Virus record (IMG/VR): IMGVR_UViG_3300030497_000009
Origin: a virus
Strand: one strand, 5' to 3'
Length of the DNA stretch: 64,000 bases
The notes under the pieces are model-generated. The model was not told where the DNA came from. It saw nothing but the letters and a program-made list of their open reading frames with translations, and did no database searches. Of this stretch, positions 1-8,009 are shown piece after piece. The number at the start of each line of letters is the position of its first letter. The first letter of the stretch is position 1. Position numbers and translations under genes: made by a program.

Positions 1-2
1 AG

Positions 3-656
3 CGTGTGGCTAATGCGAAAGCTGAGCTGGAAGCTGTTAAAGCTGAAATTGCAGATGCTAAAGCCGAGTTTACTGCCCAGCTTATCGAGCAAAAAGCTGC
101 TGAACAACAACGACGTGAGCGTGAGCAAGAGCAATATGATTACGACTTCGCTAAGAAGAAACGTGACCGTGAAGATGCGCTTGCTTCTGAAATTAAAACG
201 AAGAAAGCTGAGTTCCAAACTAAGATTGACGAAATCAATAAGGACATGGCTGAGCGTAAGGAAGAGCTTACGAAGTATGCTCAAACGATTAACGAGCGTG
301 AGAAAGCCGTTAAAGCGCAAGAAGAGTCTATTGCTAGCCTAGAAGAAAAGCATGCTGAAGCTATCGCAGAAGCGGTTAAAAAGGCTAAGTCAGAAGCTTC
401 AACGAGCTACTACTCTCAAAAAGCTATTATGGATAAAGAAATGGAACACCAAAAAGCTCTATACGAGTCTAAAATTGAGTCTCTTCAAACTTCTAACGAG
501 ACACTTGTTAATGAAGTTGCGCAACTTAAAGAGAAACTTGAAAAAGCGTACCAACAAGTACAAGATATCGCTAGCAAAACTATCGATAACTCTGGTGACA
601 AGAAGGTTATCAACCAACTTGAACGCCTTGTACAGAACCAAAAAGCTTCTAACTAA
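3..656 (+). CDS. Long coiled-coil protein, 5'-truncated by window edge
   Basis: Frame is open from base 3; E/K/A-rich heptads throughout; lies directly upstream of the terD genes. Confidence 0.75.
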   Translation, partial: RVANAKAELEAVKAEIADAKAEFTAQLIEQKAAEQQRREREQEQYDYDFAKKKRDREDALASEIKTKKAEFQTKIDEINKDMAERKEELTKYAQTINEREKAVKAQEESIASLEEKHAEAIAEAVKKAKSEASTSYYSQKAIMDKEMEHQKALYESKIESLQTSNETLVNEVAQLKEKLEKAYQQVQDIASKTIDNSGDKKVINQLERLVQNQKASN

Positions 657-716
657 TTTCATAGGCTCGTGTAGTGCGAGCCTTCTATAAAACTACTATA
701 ATTGGAGGAATTTATA

Positions 717-1286
717 ATGGCTATCAACTTATCTAAAGGTGGAAATATGAATTTAACGAAAGACAATCCTGGATTATCTAAGGTGACTGTTGGTCTTGGT
801 TGGGATAAGAATAAATTCGTTGGCCAAGCTTTTGACTTGGATGCATCGGCTACTTTAATTGGTGCGAACGGTAAACGTGTAAGCGATGAGCACTTTGTAT
901 ACTTTGGTAATCTGTCGTTCAAAGATGGCTCTGTTGCTCATACTGGGGACAACCTTACTGGTGAAGGTGATGGCGACGATGAGAAAATCAAAGTTGACCT
1001 GAAAGCTGTGCCAGCTGACGTAGAGAAGATTGCGATTGCTGTTTCTATCTACCAAGCTAAGGATCGTGGTAACCAAAACTTTGGTTCGGTTGAAAATGCG
1101 TTTATTCGTATCGTTGACGATGCTACTGGTGAAGAGCTAGTACATTACGATTTAGATGAGGACTACTCAACTGAATCTACTGTAATCTTTGGTGAACTTT
1201 ACCGTAACAACGGGGACTGGAAGTTCAAAGCTCTTGGTCAAGGTATCGTTGGAGAAATTAACGAACTAGTAGCATTCTTTGCTTAA
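717..1286 (+). CDS. terD: TerD-family stress protein
   Basis: [59 protein letters not shown] motifs; GGAGG RBS before ATG 717. Confidence 0.95.
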   Translation: MAINLSKGGNMNLTKDNPGLSKVTVGLGWDKNKFVGQAFDLDASATLIGANGKRVSDEHFVYFGNLSFKDGSVAHTGDNLTGEGDGDDEKIKVDLKAVPADVEKIAIAVSIYQAKDRGNQNFGSVENAFIRIVDDATGEELVHYDLDEDYSTESTVIFGELYRNNGDWKFKALGQGIVGEINELVAFFA

Positions 1287-1354
1287 GTAAACATCGGGCT
1301 TGTCTCGTACAAGCCCTTCCTATAAAACTATAAAAATATCTGGAGGTAACTATT

Positions 1355-1939
1355 ATGGTTGTAAACTTATCTAAAGGCGGACGCGTTGATTTAACAAAAG
1401 GAACTAACATCACAAAGGTTAAGGTAGCTCTTGGTTGGGACACGAATAAGTATGATGGCTCTGCTGACTTTGACTTGGACGTTGTAGCTTTCTTAGCTCA
1501 AGGTAATGGTAAAGTAAAAGGTGAAGCAGACTTCGTATTCTATAATAACTTGGTTCACGTATCTGGTGCGGTTGAGCACACTGGTGATAACTTAACCGGC
1601 TCTGGTGATGGTGATGACGAAGTAATCTATGTTGACTTCACAAAAGTGCCTGACCACGTTGAAAAGATTGCTTTCGCTGTAACGATTCACGAAGCTGACT
1701 CACGTCGCCAAAACTTTGGTATGGTATCTAACTCGTTTGTACGTGTGGACGATGTAACGAATAATGCGCAAGGGATTCCACTAGTAAACTTTGACCTTGG
1801 TGAAGACTTCTCGATTGAGACGAGCGTTGTAGTTTGTGAACTTTATAAACATGGTAACGATTGGAAGTTTAACGCGATTGGTGCAGGCTACTCAAACGGG
1901 CTTGTTGGCTTAGTAAGAGACTACGGGTTACAAGCTTAA
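1355..1939 (+). CDS. terD: TerD-family stress protein (paralog)
   Basis: [54 protein letters not shown] motifs. Confidence 0.95.
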   Translation: MVVNLSKGGRVDLTKGTNITKVKVALGWDTNKYDGSADFDLDVVAFLAQGNGKVKGEADFVFYNNLVHVSGAVEHTGDNLTGSGDGDDEVIYVDFTKVPDHVEKIAFAVTIHEADSRRQNFGMVSNSFVRVDDVTNNAQGIPLVNFDLGEDFSIETSVVVCELYKHGNDWKFNAIGAGYSNGLVGLVRDYGLQA

Positions 1940-1974
1940 TAATCAACTAGAAAGCTCTTTAAGGAGGTGATATC

Positions 1975-2085
1975 ATGGGTCTATTTATTGGATTAATCAT
2001 CGGTCTTGTATTAGGTGTTGTTATTGGAGATTACGCTGGTGCTGACATTAAGAAAGCGATTATGAATCACAAAAATAAACGATAA
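1975..2085 (+). CDS. 36-aa single-pass membrane peptide
   Basis: MGLFIGLIIGLVLGVVIGDYAG...; strong AAGGAGGTG RBS; below the ORF-track size cutoff. Confidence 0.7.
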   Translation: MGLFIGLIIGLVLGVVIGDYAGADIKKAIMNHKNKR

Positions 2086-2105
2086 GAGAATGGAGATATG
2101 TTGAC

Positions 2106-2846
2106 ATGGAAGTATATGTTGGAATAATAATCACGCTAGTTATCATGGAGGGGCTGTTGTCTTTTGACAACGCCTTGGTACTAGCTACTATGGCTGGTAA
2201 AATTAAGGATCCGAAGTTGCAAAAGAAAGCCCTAACTTATGGTATGGCTGGCGCGGTTGCGTTCCGTGCGCTGTTTATCTTCCTTGGTGTTGTCTTAATT
2301 AAGTTCTGGTGGCTAAAAGTATTGGGTGGGGCATACCTACTTAAGTTGGCTTATGATCACTTCTTTAAGAATGAAGATGAGGACGAGGATGGCGTACTAG
2401 ATAAATACCAAGATACGTTACTTCATAAGTTCTTACGTAAGTTTGGTGTTCATCTATCATTCTTCTGGTCAGTAATTATCTCCATTGAGCTTATGGACTT
2501 AGCTTTCTCAGTAGACTCGATCCTTGCGGCATTAGCTTTATCTGATAAATTCTGGGTGCTTTTAGTTGGTGGTGTGTTAGGTATTGCGATGATGCGTGGT
2601 GTCGCTGGCGTATTCATTAAGCTAATCGAGAGAGTTCCTGAAATGGAAACGACTGCATACCTGCTAATCGTAATTATCGCGGTGAAGATGTTACTAAGTA
2701 CGGTTCATAATATCGCTGGATTGTTTGGACATACGATGGTTGAGATTGAGATTGGCCACGGGTTATTCTTCGCTATCCTTGGTGCTACGTTCCTTGGTAC
2801 GTTCGTTGTACACTTTATCCGTAAGCCTAAAACTAAACAAGCATAA
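2106..2846 (+). CDS. terC: TerC-family membrane protein (YceF/YkoY-like)
   Basis: MEGLLSFDNALVLA and DLAFSVDSILAA signature motifs; multiple hydrophobic helices. Confidence 0.93.
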   Translation: MEVYVGIIITLVIMEGLLSFDNALVLATMAGKIKDPKLQKKALTYGMAGAVAFRALFIFLGVVLIKFWWLKVLGGAYLLKLAYDHFFKNEDEDEDGVLDKYQDTLLHKFLRKFGVHLSFFWSVIISIELMDLAFSVDSILAALALSDKFWVLLVGGVLGIAMMRGVAGVFIKLIERVPEMETTAYLLIVIIAVKMLLSTVHNIAGLFGHTMVEIEIGHGLFFAILGATFLGTFVVHFIRKPKTKQA

Positions 2847-2848
2847 TA

Positions 2849-2882
2849 AAAAACTCTGGCTGAAAAGTCAGAGTTTTTCTTT
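2849..2882. terminator. Bidirectional intrinsic terminator
   Basis: AAAAACTCTGGC-TGAAAA-GTCAGAGTTTTT. Confidence 0.8.
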
Positions 2883-2889
2883 GTCAACA

Positions 2890-2922
2890 GGCGTAAATTG
2901 TTGTGTAGAAGGCTTTTATTAG
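2890..2922 (+). promoter_or_regulatory. Phage-sigma (middle-like) promoter
   Basis: GGCGTA-N18-TTTTATTAG. Confidence 0.6.
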
Positions 2923-2950
2923 ATGTAATTATTAATAGGGAGGTAACGAA

Positions 2951-3244
2951 ATGGGACACTATGACTTTGTATACGAAACGCAAACGAACAAGGATATTAT
3001 GAAACAATTAGAGTGGTTAGAATCAAGAATGGATGTAGTTCAGCTTGAATTTGCTGACTTGAAGGTTGACGCTAAAAACGTTAGAACGCTTCATGGTAAG
3101 CGTGTGGTTAACGATGCTCTTAAGCAGGTTGAAAGAGATAGAGAAAAACTTAAAAAGAATATCAAGGATACTAAGGTACTCCTGACAAAGCACGATGATG
3201 GCGAGCAGATTACTTGGGCTGACTTACATGGAGGTAGAAGTTAA
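2951..3244 (+). CDS. Hypothetical coiled-coil protein
   Basis: ORF with GGGAGG RBS. Confidence 0.7.
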   Translation: MGHYDFVYETQTNKDIMKQLEWLESRMDVVQLEFADLKVDAKNVRTLHGKRVVNDALKQVERDREKLKKNIKDTKVLLTKHDDGEQITWADLHGGRS

Positions 3245-3618
3245 TGGGTGCTTATGATACTCCAACTCAAAAGTGTCCATACTGTGGCACTGAATGTGAA
3301 TGTGACTGGGTTGACGTAGGTGTTGGGATGGTTCAATGCGGACCGTACCACTGTGAGGTCTGTCACGCTAGTGAAATCGGACCTGAAAAGGGTAAATGGT
3401 ACAAGCTCGAAGAGGTTAACGGTGAATACAAAACTATTTGGCTTGAGGGCGCACCGTTTAACGATAACGAGAAGAAGTATGGTTGGTACGATCCTGAACG
3501 CGGTGGAAAGATTTCTCCATACGCGAACACCGTTGGAGGTAAGTTGGTTGACCACATAACTGCTAAAGAAGCCTATAACATAGGATTGCTAGATGAAAAG
3601 GAGATTGACAATGACTAA
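3244..3618 (+). CDS. Zinc-ribbon phage protein
   Basis: CPYC...CEVC motifs; translationally coupled. Confidence 0.7.
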   Translation: MGAYDTPTQKCPYCGTECECDWVDVGVGMVQCGPYHCEVCHASEIGPEKGKWYKLEEVNGEYKTIWLEGAPFNDNEKKYGWYDPERGGKISPYANTVGGKLVDHITAKEAYNIGLLDEKEIDND

Positions 3619-3802
3619 GGTAATTTTATATGTAACAGAAGATAACTTCTATGCGTACCGTTCAGGCACTGCGTTCCAAGGGTACTCTGACAGCCCTAAG
3701 ATACCAACGTTTGCTGTATTGGTTCCACCAGAAGCGATAAAAGATTACACGAAGAACTCTGGATATTTTATAGCAAAGGTACACCCAAGAGAAAAGTGGT
3801 AA
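3611..3802 (+). CDS. Hypothetical protein
   Basis: GGAG RBS before ATG 3611. Confidence 0.6.
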   Translation: MTKVILYVTEDNFYAYRSGTAFQGYSDSPKIPTFAVLVPPEAIKDYTKNSGYFIAKVHPREKW

Positions 3803-3815
3803 GGGAGAGATAGTT

Positions 3816-3932
3816 ATGTGTAATTGTAAACACCAAAGCCCAGTGGCTGATCATCGAGTAAAGTATGACGGAACGTTACGTGAAGTATACGTTTGCGAGA
3901 ACTGCGGTGAGGATATCGAAGAGGGCTTGTAA
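3816..3932 (+). CDS. 38-aa zinc-finger peptide
   Basis: MCNCKH...VYVCENCG; GGGAG RBS. Confidence 0.6.
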   Translation: MCNCKHQSPVADHRVKYDGTLREVYVCENCGEDIEEGL

Positions 3933-3948
3933 AAGCTCTCTTTTTCTT

Positions 3949-4035
3949 TTGACAAAAGTTGAATAAAACTGTTGAAATGTGTAATAATAAATAGTATGAT
4001 AAGTTTGTAAGATAAACCGAGTCATAAAAGGAGAG
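3949..4035 (+). promoter_or_regulatory. SigmaA-type early promoter with conserved leader (copy A)
   Basis: TTGAAA(3972)-N17-TATGAT(3995); TTGACA 23 bp upstream; leader GTAAGATAAACCGAGTCATAAAAGGAG. Confidence 0.8.
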
Positions 4036-4043
4036 GTTTTAAG

Positions 4044-4265
4044 ATGAAATATAAAAATGTAGCTGGTGTAAACGTAATGGTATTTGGTTCTGTGGAAGAA
4101 GCGCGTGGGTTTGTTAATAAGCGTAGTCAATTGGCTATCTTCTTCGCAGAAGAAACAGAAGTATATGTAAGCGTGGAGCTTGACGCGTTCAAGCTAGAAG
4201 TTGCAGGCTATCCAGAGATTCCAGTAAAACGCGATTATGATTTTGTGGGGGTGAACGAGCTATGA
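4044..4265 (+). CDS. Hypothetical early protein
   Basis: ORF directly after the early promoter leader and RBS. Confidence 0.75.
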   Translation: MKYKNVAGVNVMVFGSVEEARGFVNKRSQLAIFFAEETEVYVSVELDAFKLEVAGYPEIPVKRDYDFVGVNEL

Positions 4266-4360
4266 TGGTTCCGTTTATCGTTGATGGCAGGGTAGTTTGG
4301 GTAAGACAAGAGCAACTAGATAACTACATAAAGAGCCAAAAACAAGAGTCTCAGAAATGA
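4262..4360 (+). CDS. 32-aa hypothetical peptide
   Basis: ATGA overlap with the upstream stop; followed by a hairpin terminator. Confidence 0.5.
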   Translation: MMVPFIVDGRVVWVRQEQLDNYIKSQKQESQK

Positions 4361-4383
4361 GGCTCTTTTTGTTTGTCAACACA

Positions 4384-4416
4384 GGAGTAAAAAGGTGTGA
4401 TGTAACCTTTTATTAG
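4384..4416 (+). promoter_or_regulatory. Phage-sigma (middle-like) promoter
   Basis: GGAGTA-N18-TTTTATTAG. Confidence 0.75.
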
Positions 4417-4436
4417 GTATAAGTTAAGAAAGGAAG

Positions 4437-4928
4437 ATGAAAATGAAAGAAACAAAGTTGCGTGTAATCGCTGGGCGCTCTGGCTCTGGGAAGTCGTTTA
4501 TTCTCGCTGATAAGGTCTATGAAGCTTCTAAGAAGGTTGACGTGCTTGTTATTACTGATAATCCGAAGCACTTCTTTAAGCGAATGGGCTTTGTGTGTGG
4601 TGTAGAAGAGTTAGAAAGCGTAACAGTAATCCATACCAACGATTTCACTAAGATTATGGAGAAGCTTATTGAGCGTGGTAGAAACTTTGATAAGATATTC
4701 GTTGACCAAGAAATGCACTTTATCGATAACGATGAACGACGTATCTTACTTGGTTACGTTATCGGCTCTGGAATGGACGTCACCGTTACGCAAACAACGA
4801 ATATGTATGGTACAACGAGACGAGTGACGATATATGAGCAGGGGTATTGTGAAACGTTGAACATGGTGGAAGAATATTCCCAGAAAGAAGTAGACGCCAA
4901 GATTAGCCTGTGGACGGGAAAAAAGTAA
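4437..4928 (+). CDS. Small P-loop NTPase, thymidine-kinase-like layout (degenerate)
   Basis: Walker A GRSGSGKS near the N-terminus; IFVDQEMHF resembles the TK IDEAQF motif. Confidence 0.5.
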   Translation: MKMKETKLRVIAGRSGSGKSFILADKVYEASKKVDVLVITDNPKHFFKRMGFVCGVEELESVTVIHTNDFTKIMEKLIERGRNFDKIFVDQEMHFIDNDERRILLGYVIGSGMDVTVTQTTNMYGTTRRVTIYEQGYCETLNMVEEYSQKEVDAKISLWTGKK

Positions 4929-5008
4929 GTCGGGTGTATTAGTATTAAAAATCGTTTTAAACGTCTTAGAAACGAAACTGAGAAGTCTCAGACATATAAA
5001 AGGAGGTT

Positions 5009-5380
5009 ATGTTAGTGCAAGAATCGTTAAAGCTTTTACGTAGCGAACGTTTAAAGAGAGTTAAAGAGAACTACGGGAAGAACCTTTATAAGATTGAGAA
5101 ACGCTTTATCAACCCTAAAAACAATGCGGTTGTTCGTATCTTTGAAGAAGAGTTGCTAACTCACCAAGGTAAACCAAGCTATACATACTACGGTATGTAC
5201 GTAACAACTTCTGGTGAGCCTATGTGGTTCTCTTCCGTTGAGTATACGAAAAAGGTAAGAGGGGCGAAAGGGTTCTTTGGTGATGGCCAGCGACGAATTA
5301 ACGTTTGTAACTGTGCTTATAACATCGATGAGTTCCAATATGTCGAGCTAAAGAAGGAGAAAGCCAAATATGAAGCCTGA
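5009..5380 (+). CDS. Hypothetical protein
   Basis: AAGGAGG RBS; ORF. Confidence 0.7.
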   Translation: MLVQESLKLLRSERLKRVKENYGKNLYKIEKRFINPKNNAVVRIFEEELLTHQGKPSYTYYGMYVTTSGEPMWFSSVEYTKKVRGAKGFFGDGQRRINVCNCAYNIDEFQYVELKKEKAKYEA

Positions 5381-5663
5381 GATAGCTGAACGGGTGATGG
5401 AAATTGCTGATTATGTTATCAAAACGAAATGTACAGTACGTCATGCCGCAAAGGTATTCTATACGAGTAAATCTACTGTACAACTTGACTTGGCTGTAAG
5501 GTTGCCTAAGCTCTCTGAAGAGAAAGGTAAGATAGTAAACGATATCATGTTTGACAACTGGTGTACGAAGCATATAAAGGCAGGGAAGGCAACCAGTGCT
5601 AAATGGAGAAAGATAAGGGAGGCAAAGAAAAATGGAATTATTCACGAAAGTAGTAGCCATTAA
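5370..5663 (+). CDS. spoIIID: SpoIIID-like sporulation transcription regulator
   Basis: ERVMEIADYVIKTKCTVRHAAKVFYTSKSTVQLDLAVRLP...KHIKAGKAT aligns by eye with Bacillus SpoIIID (TVRxxAKxFGVSKSTVHKDLTERLP...RHLRGGEAT). Confidence 0.88.
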   Translation: MKPEIAERVMEIADYVIKTKCTVRHAAKVFYTSKSTVQLDLAVRLPKLSEEKGKIVNDIMFDNWCTKHIKAGKATSAKWRKIREAKKNGIIHESSSH

Positions 5664-5910
5664 TCCTGCCCTAGCTGGGCAGGCTGTACGCTTAAAGGGT
5701 GAAGACTTTGATAGTGTTTATCTTGTTCAATCGATTAATAACGCCAAGCAAATGATTACGTTTGTTAATCGTAGTGGTGGAACGCTTAAGCTATCGATTG
5801 GAGATTTACAGTATAAGGTTAAGATGTACATCCTCACTCAAGAAGAGCAGGTGGACACTGACAACCCAGATGAACCGGAAGATGATTTCCTTAAAGGGGT
5901 GGATTTCTAA
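5632..5910 (+). CDS. Hypothetical protein with acidic tail
   Basis: ORF with GGAGG RBS. Confidence 0.7.
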   Translation: MELFTKVVAINPALAGQAVRLKGEDFDSVYLVQSINNAKQMITFVNRSGGTLKLSIGDLQYKVKMYILTQEEQVDTDNPDEPEDDFLKGVDF

Positions 5911-6096
5911 ATGATTCATAAAGTTAATCTTATAAACTGTCACAATACCACAATTAGTAACTCTCGTATTGAAGCTGGTAAAGGTGAAGGTTGTCTTAAC
6001 CTAGTAAACTCTGGTACGATTATGATTCATGGAAGTATTCTGGTAAACAAACCAATAAATGTAGGAAATGGAGTGACTATTCATGGGAAAAATTAA
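5911..6096 (+). CDS. Small beta-strand-rich hypothetical protein
   Basis: Coupled ORF; N/I/G-rich pattern like a beta-helix fragment. Confidence 0.55.
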   Translation: MIHKVNLINCHNTTISNSRIEAGKGEGCLNLVNSGTIMIHGSILVNKPINVGNGVTIHGKN

Positions 6097-6676
6097 TATT
6101 ACTGCTGGTCAAGATAAACGCGTTGAGGTAGCTTTGGAGTTAGCGAAAGGTATGAATAACCTTGCTGAAGTAATTCGAGAGTTAAAAGCTCCAGCCCCAA
6201 GTCAGATTAGTATGAGCAACATTAACATTAATACGAAAGAAGGGGAGTCAGCTATTGATGTAACGGGCGATGAAGACTTTGAAGAGGATCGTAGTGAAGG
6301 CTTAGATTATGAAGATGACTACGAAGACTATGACGATGAAGATGATGATGAAGAAGAAGACTTCTGCGATGATTGCATGGAAGAGCGTAGCTATTGTGAG
6401 TGTGTGGAGCCTAAAGTTAACTTTGAAAACCCACACGTGATAAACGCGATTAGTAATATGTATAATGTACCACCTAGCGAACTAGTACACGGTGTACAGA
6501 ATGCTGGTACGGATGATGAGTTTATCATAGAAGATGCTGGGAAGGGTACTGACTGGAAAGCGTTTATTGATAGTCAAGAGGATCCTGAGCACTTTAAAGT
6601 ATCTCTGTCATCAATAGTAAACCGTTGCGCGATCCGTTCAAGAAGATACCAACATAATCGAGGTAAACGTAAATGA
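6083..6676 (+). CDS. Acidic low-complexity protein with Cys cluster
   Basis: Long D/E tract followed by CDDC...CEC. Confidence 0.65.
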   Translation: MGKINITAGQDKRVEVALELAKGMNNLAEVIRELKAPAPSQISMSNININTKEGESAIDVTGDEDFEEDRSEGLDYEDDYEDYDDEDDDEEEDFCDDCMEERSYCECVEPKVNFENPHVINAISNMYNVPPSELVHGVQNAGTDDEFIIEDAGKGTDWKAFIDSQEDPEHFKVSLSSIVNRCAIRSRRYQHNRGKRK

Positions 6677-7128
6677 GCCAACACTTACACGATGTAACAA
6701 CGCATAAAAGAATCGTAGGAGAGAAGATGACGCAAGTTGTCTCTCTTCTAATGACTCGTGCGATTGTCCACGATAACTCGAAGTTCTCTCCGGAAGAGTT
6801 TGATTTATTTGAGAAAACAACGGCTAAGATGAAAGATATGGAGTATGGTTCTGATGAGTATAAAGCGAGTTTAAAAAGTATCAAACCAGCTATCGACCAT
6901 CACTATGCTGTAAACTCTCACCACCCAGAGCATTACGATAATGGTATTAATGGAATGGATTTGCTTGACGTTGTTGAAATGGTGTGTGACTGGATGGCTG
7001 CTGTCCAGCGAAATAAGAATGGAGATATCTATGAAAGCTTAAAGATTAATAAAGAACGATTTAATATCGATGACCAGCTTTATAGTATCCTAGTAAATAC
7101 AGTACTATCACTGGAGGGGTTAAAATGA
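6673..7128 (+). CDS. HD-like metal-binding protein (DUF5662-like)
   Basis: HK...HDNSK...HHYAVNSHHPEHY...EMVCDW motifs. Confidence 0.75.
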   Translation: MSQHLHDVTTHKRIVGEKMTQVVSLLMTRAIVHDNSKFSPEEFDLFEKTTAKMKDMEYGSDEYKASLKSIKPAIDHHYAVNSHHPEHYDNGINGMDLLDVVEMVCDWMAAVQRNKNGDIYESLKINKERFNIDDQLYSILVNTVLSLEGLK

Positions 7129-8009
7129 GTAATCACGCGTATATCATCGTAATAGGTAAAGAAGATGGCACGGCTGGGTTCGTAGGTATGGAAGATGAAA
7201 GCAGTGTATTAGAATACATTTATAACTCTGACGATGTTAGAACTATCTTCCGTATCGATGAGTATGGCCATACGACTGAAGTTGAGCGCGGTGTGAGATT
7301 AGTAGAGAAAAAGAAACAAAAGCCAAAGTTTACGATTGGTGGAACACCTTGCTATGGTATTCAACCGATTGGTGATCCTGTTATTACGAACAGTAGTTGT
7401 AACCTTGGTGAAGTAGCTGAACCACCTAAGAAGAATCCAATTGCGAAGGTATTTGTATATGCTGATGTAGTAGGTGGTATTAATGAAGAGCATGAGAAAG
7501 CGTATGCGTTCTATGAGGAATTAGTAATAAAAGAGCTAGCAAAAGCAGGGTATGACGTAATGACTCAAACGCGTAAAGCTGTGTATAATGGTTATCTGGT
7601 TAGTGTGCGCGATAAGAAGTTTGTAGCAGAAGACAGAAACGCGACCCCATCTTGGAAGCTAGCACTGGCTGATGCGAGTAAGAGTATTCGAGATATGGAT
7701 GGTATTGAAAAGCATGTGGTGATCCTGCTATCTGGTGGTAAGTATGATGTATCAACAGAAGCAATCGAAGGGCGTATTGCTCACGAGATAGGTGTATTAG
7801 CGAAATATGCTGATGGTATTATGTTATACGAGTATGGTGGTGGCGTGAATGGTGCTGATATGTTTAGAGTAGTACGAGAAACGAAGTATAAGTTGCCTGA
7901 CCAAGAACGATATAAAATCGACCTAGCTTATAATACAACGTTGGACTATGTGTTTAAGCGAGATAACGTTCATTTACCAAAACCAGTACGTGAAGGAGGA
8001 AAACAATAA
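7125..8009 (+). CDS. Two-domain protein with degenerate vWA-like C-terminal domain (paralog 1)
   Basis: VFVYADVVG ... VVILLSGGK ... IMLYEYG; shares this architecture with the next ORF. Confidence 0.55.
   Translation: MSNHAYIIVIGKEDGTAGFVGMEDESSVLEYIYNSDDVRTIFRIDEYGHTTEVERGVRLVEKKKQKPKFTIGGTPCYGIQPIGDPVITNSSCNLGEVAEPPKKNPIAKVFVYADVVGGINEEHEKAYAFYEELVIKELAKAGYDVMTQTRKAVYNGYLVSVRDKKFVAEDRNATPSWKLALADASKSIRDMDGIEKHVVILLSGGKYDVSTEAIEGRIAHEIGVLAKYADGIMLYEYGGGVNGADMFRVVRETKYKLPDQERYKIDLAYNTTLDYVFKRDNVHLPKPVREGGKQ

Noticed and set aside
4-922. Alternative-frame and antisense ORFs over the coiled-coil and terD genes (4-342, 352-690, 459-662, 659-922)
   Set aside because: No RBS, and they overlap well-supported genes; typical shadow ORFs of biased codon usage. 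The same applies to most minus-strand ORFs in the track outside 22334-26532.
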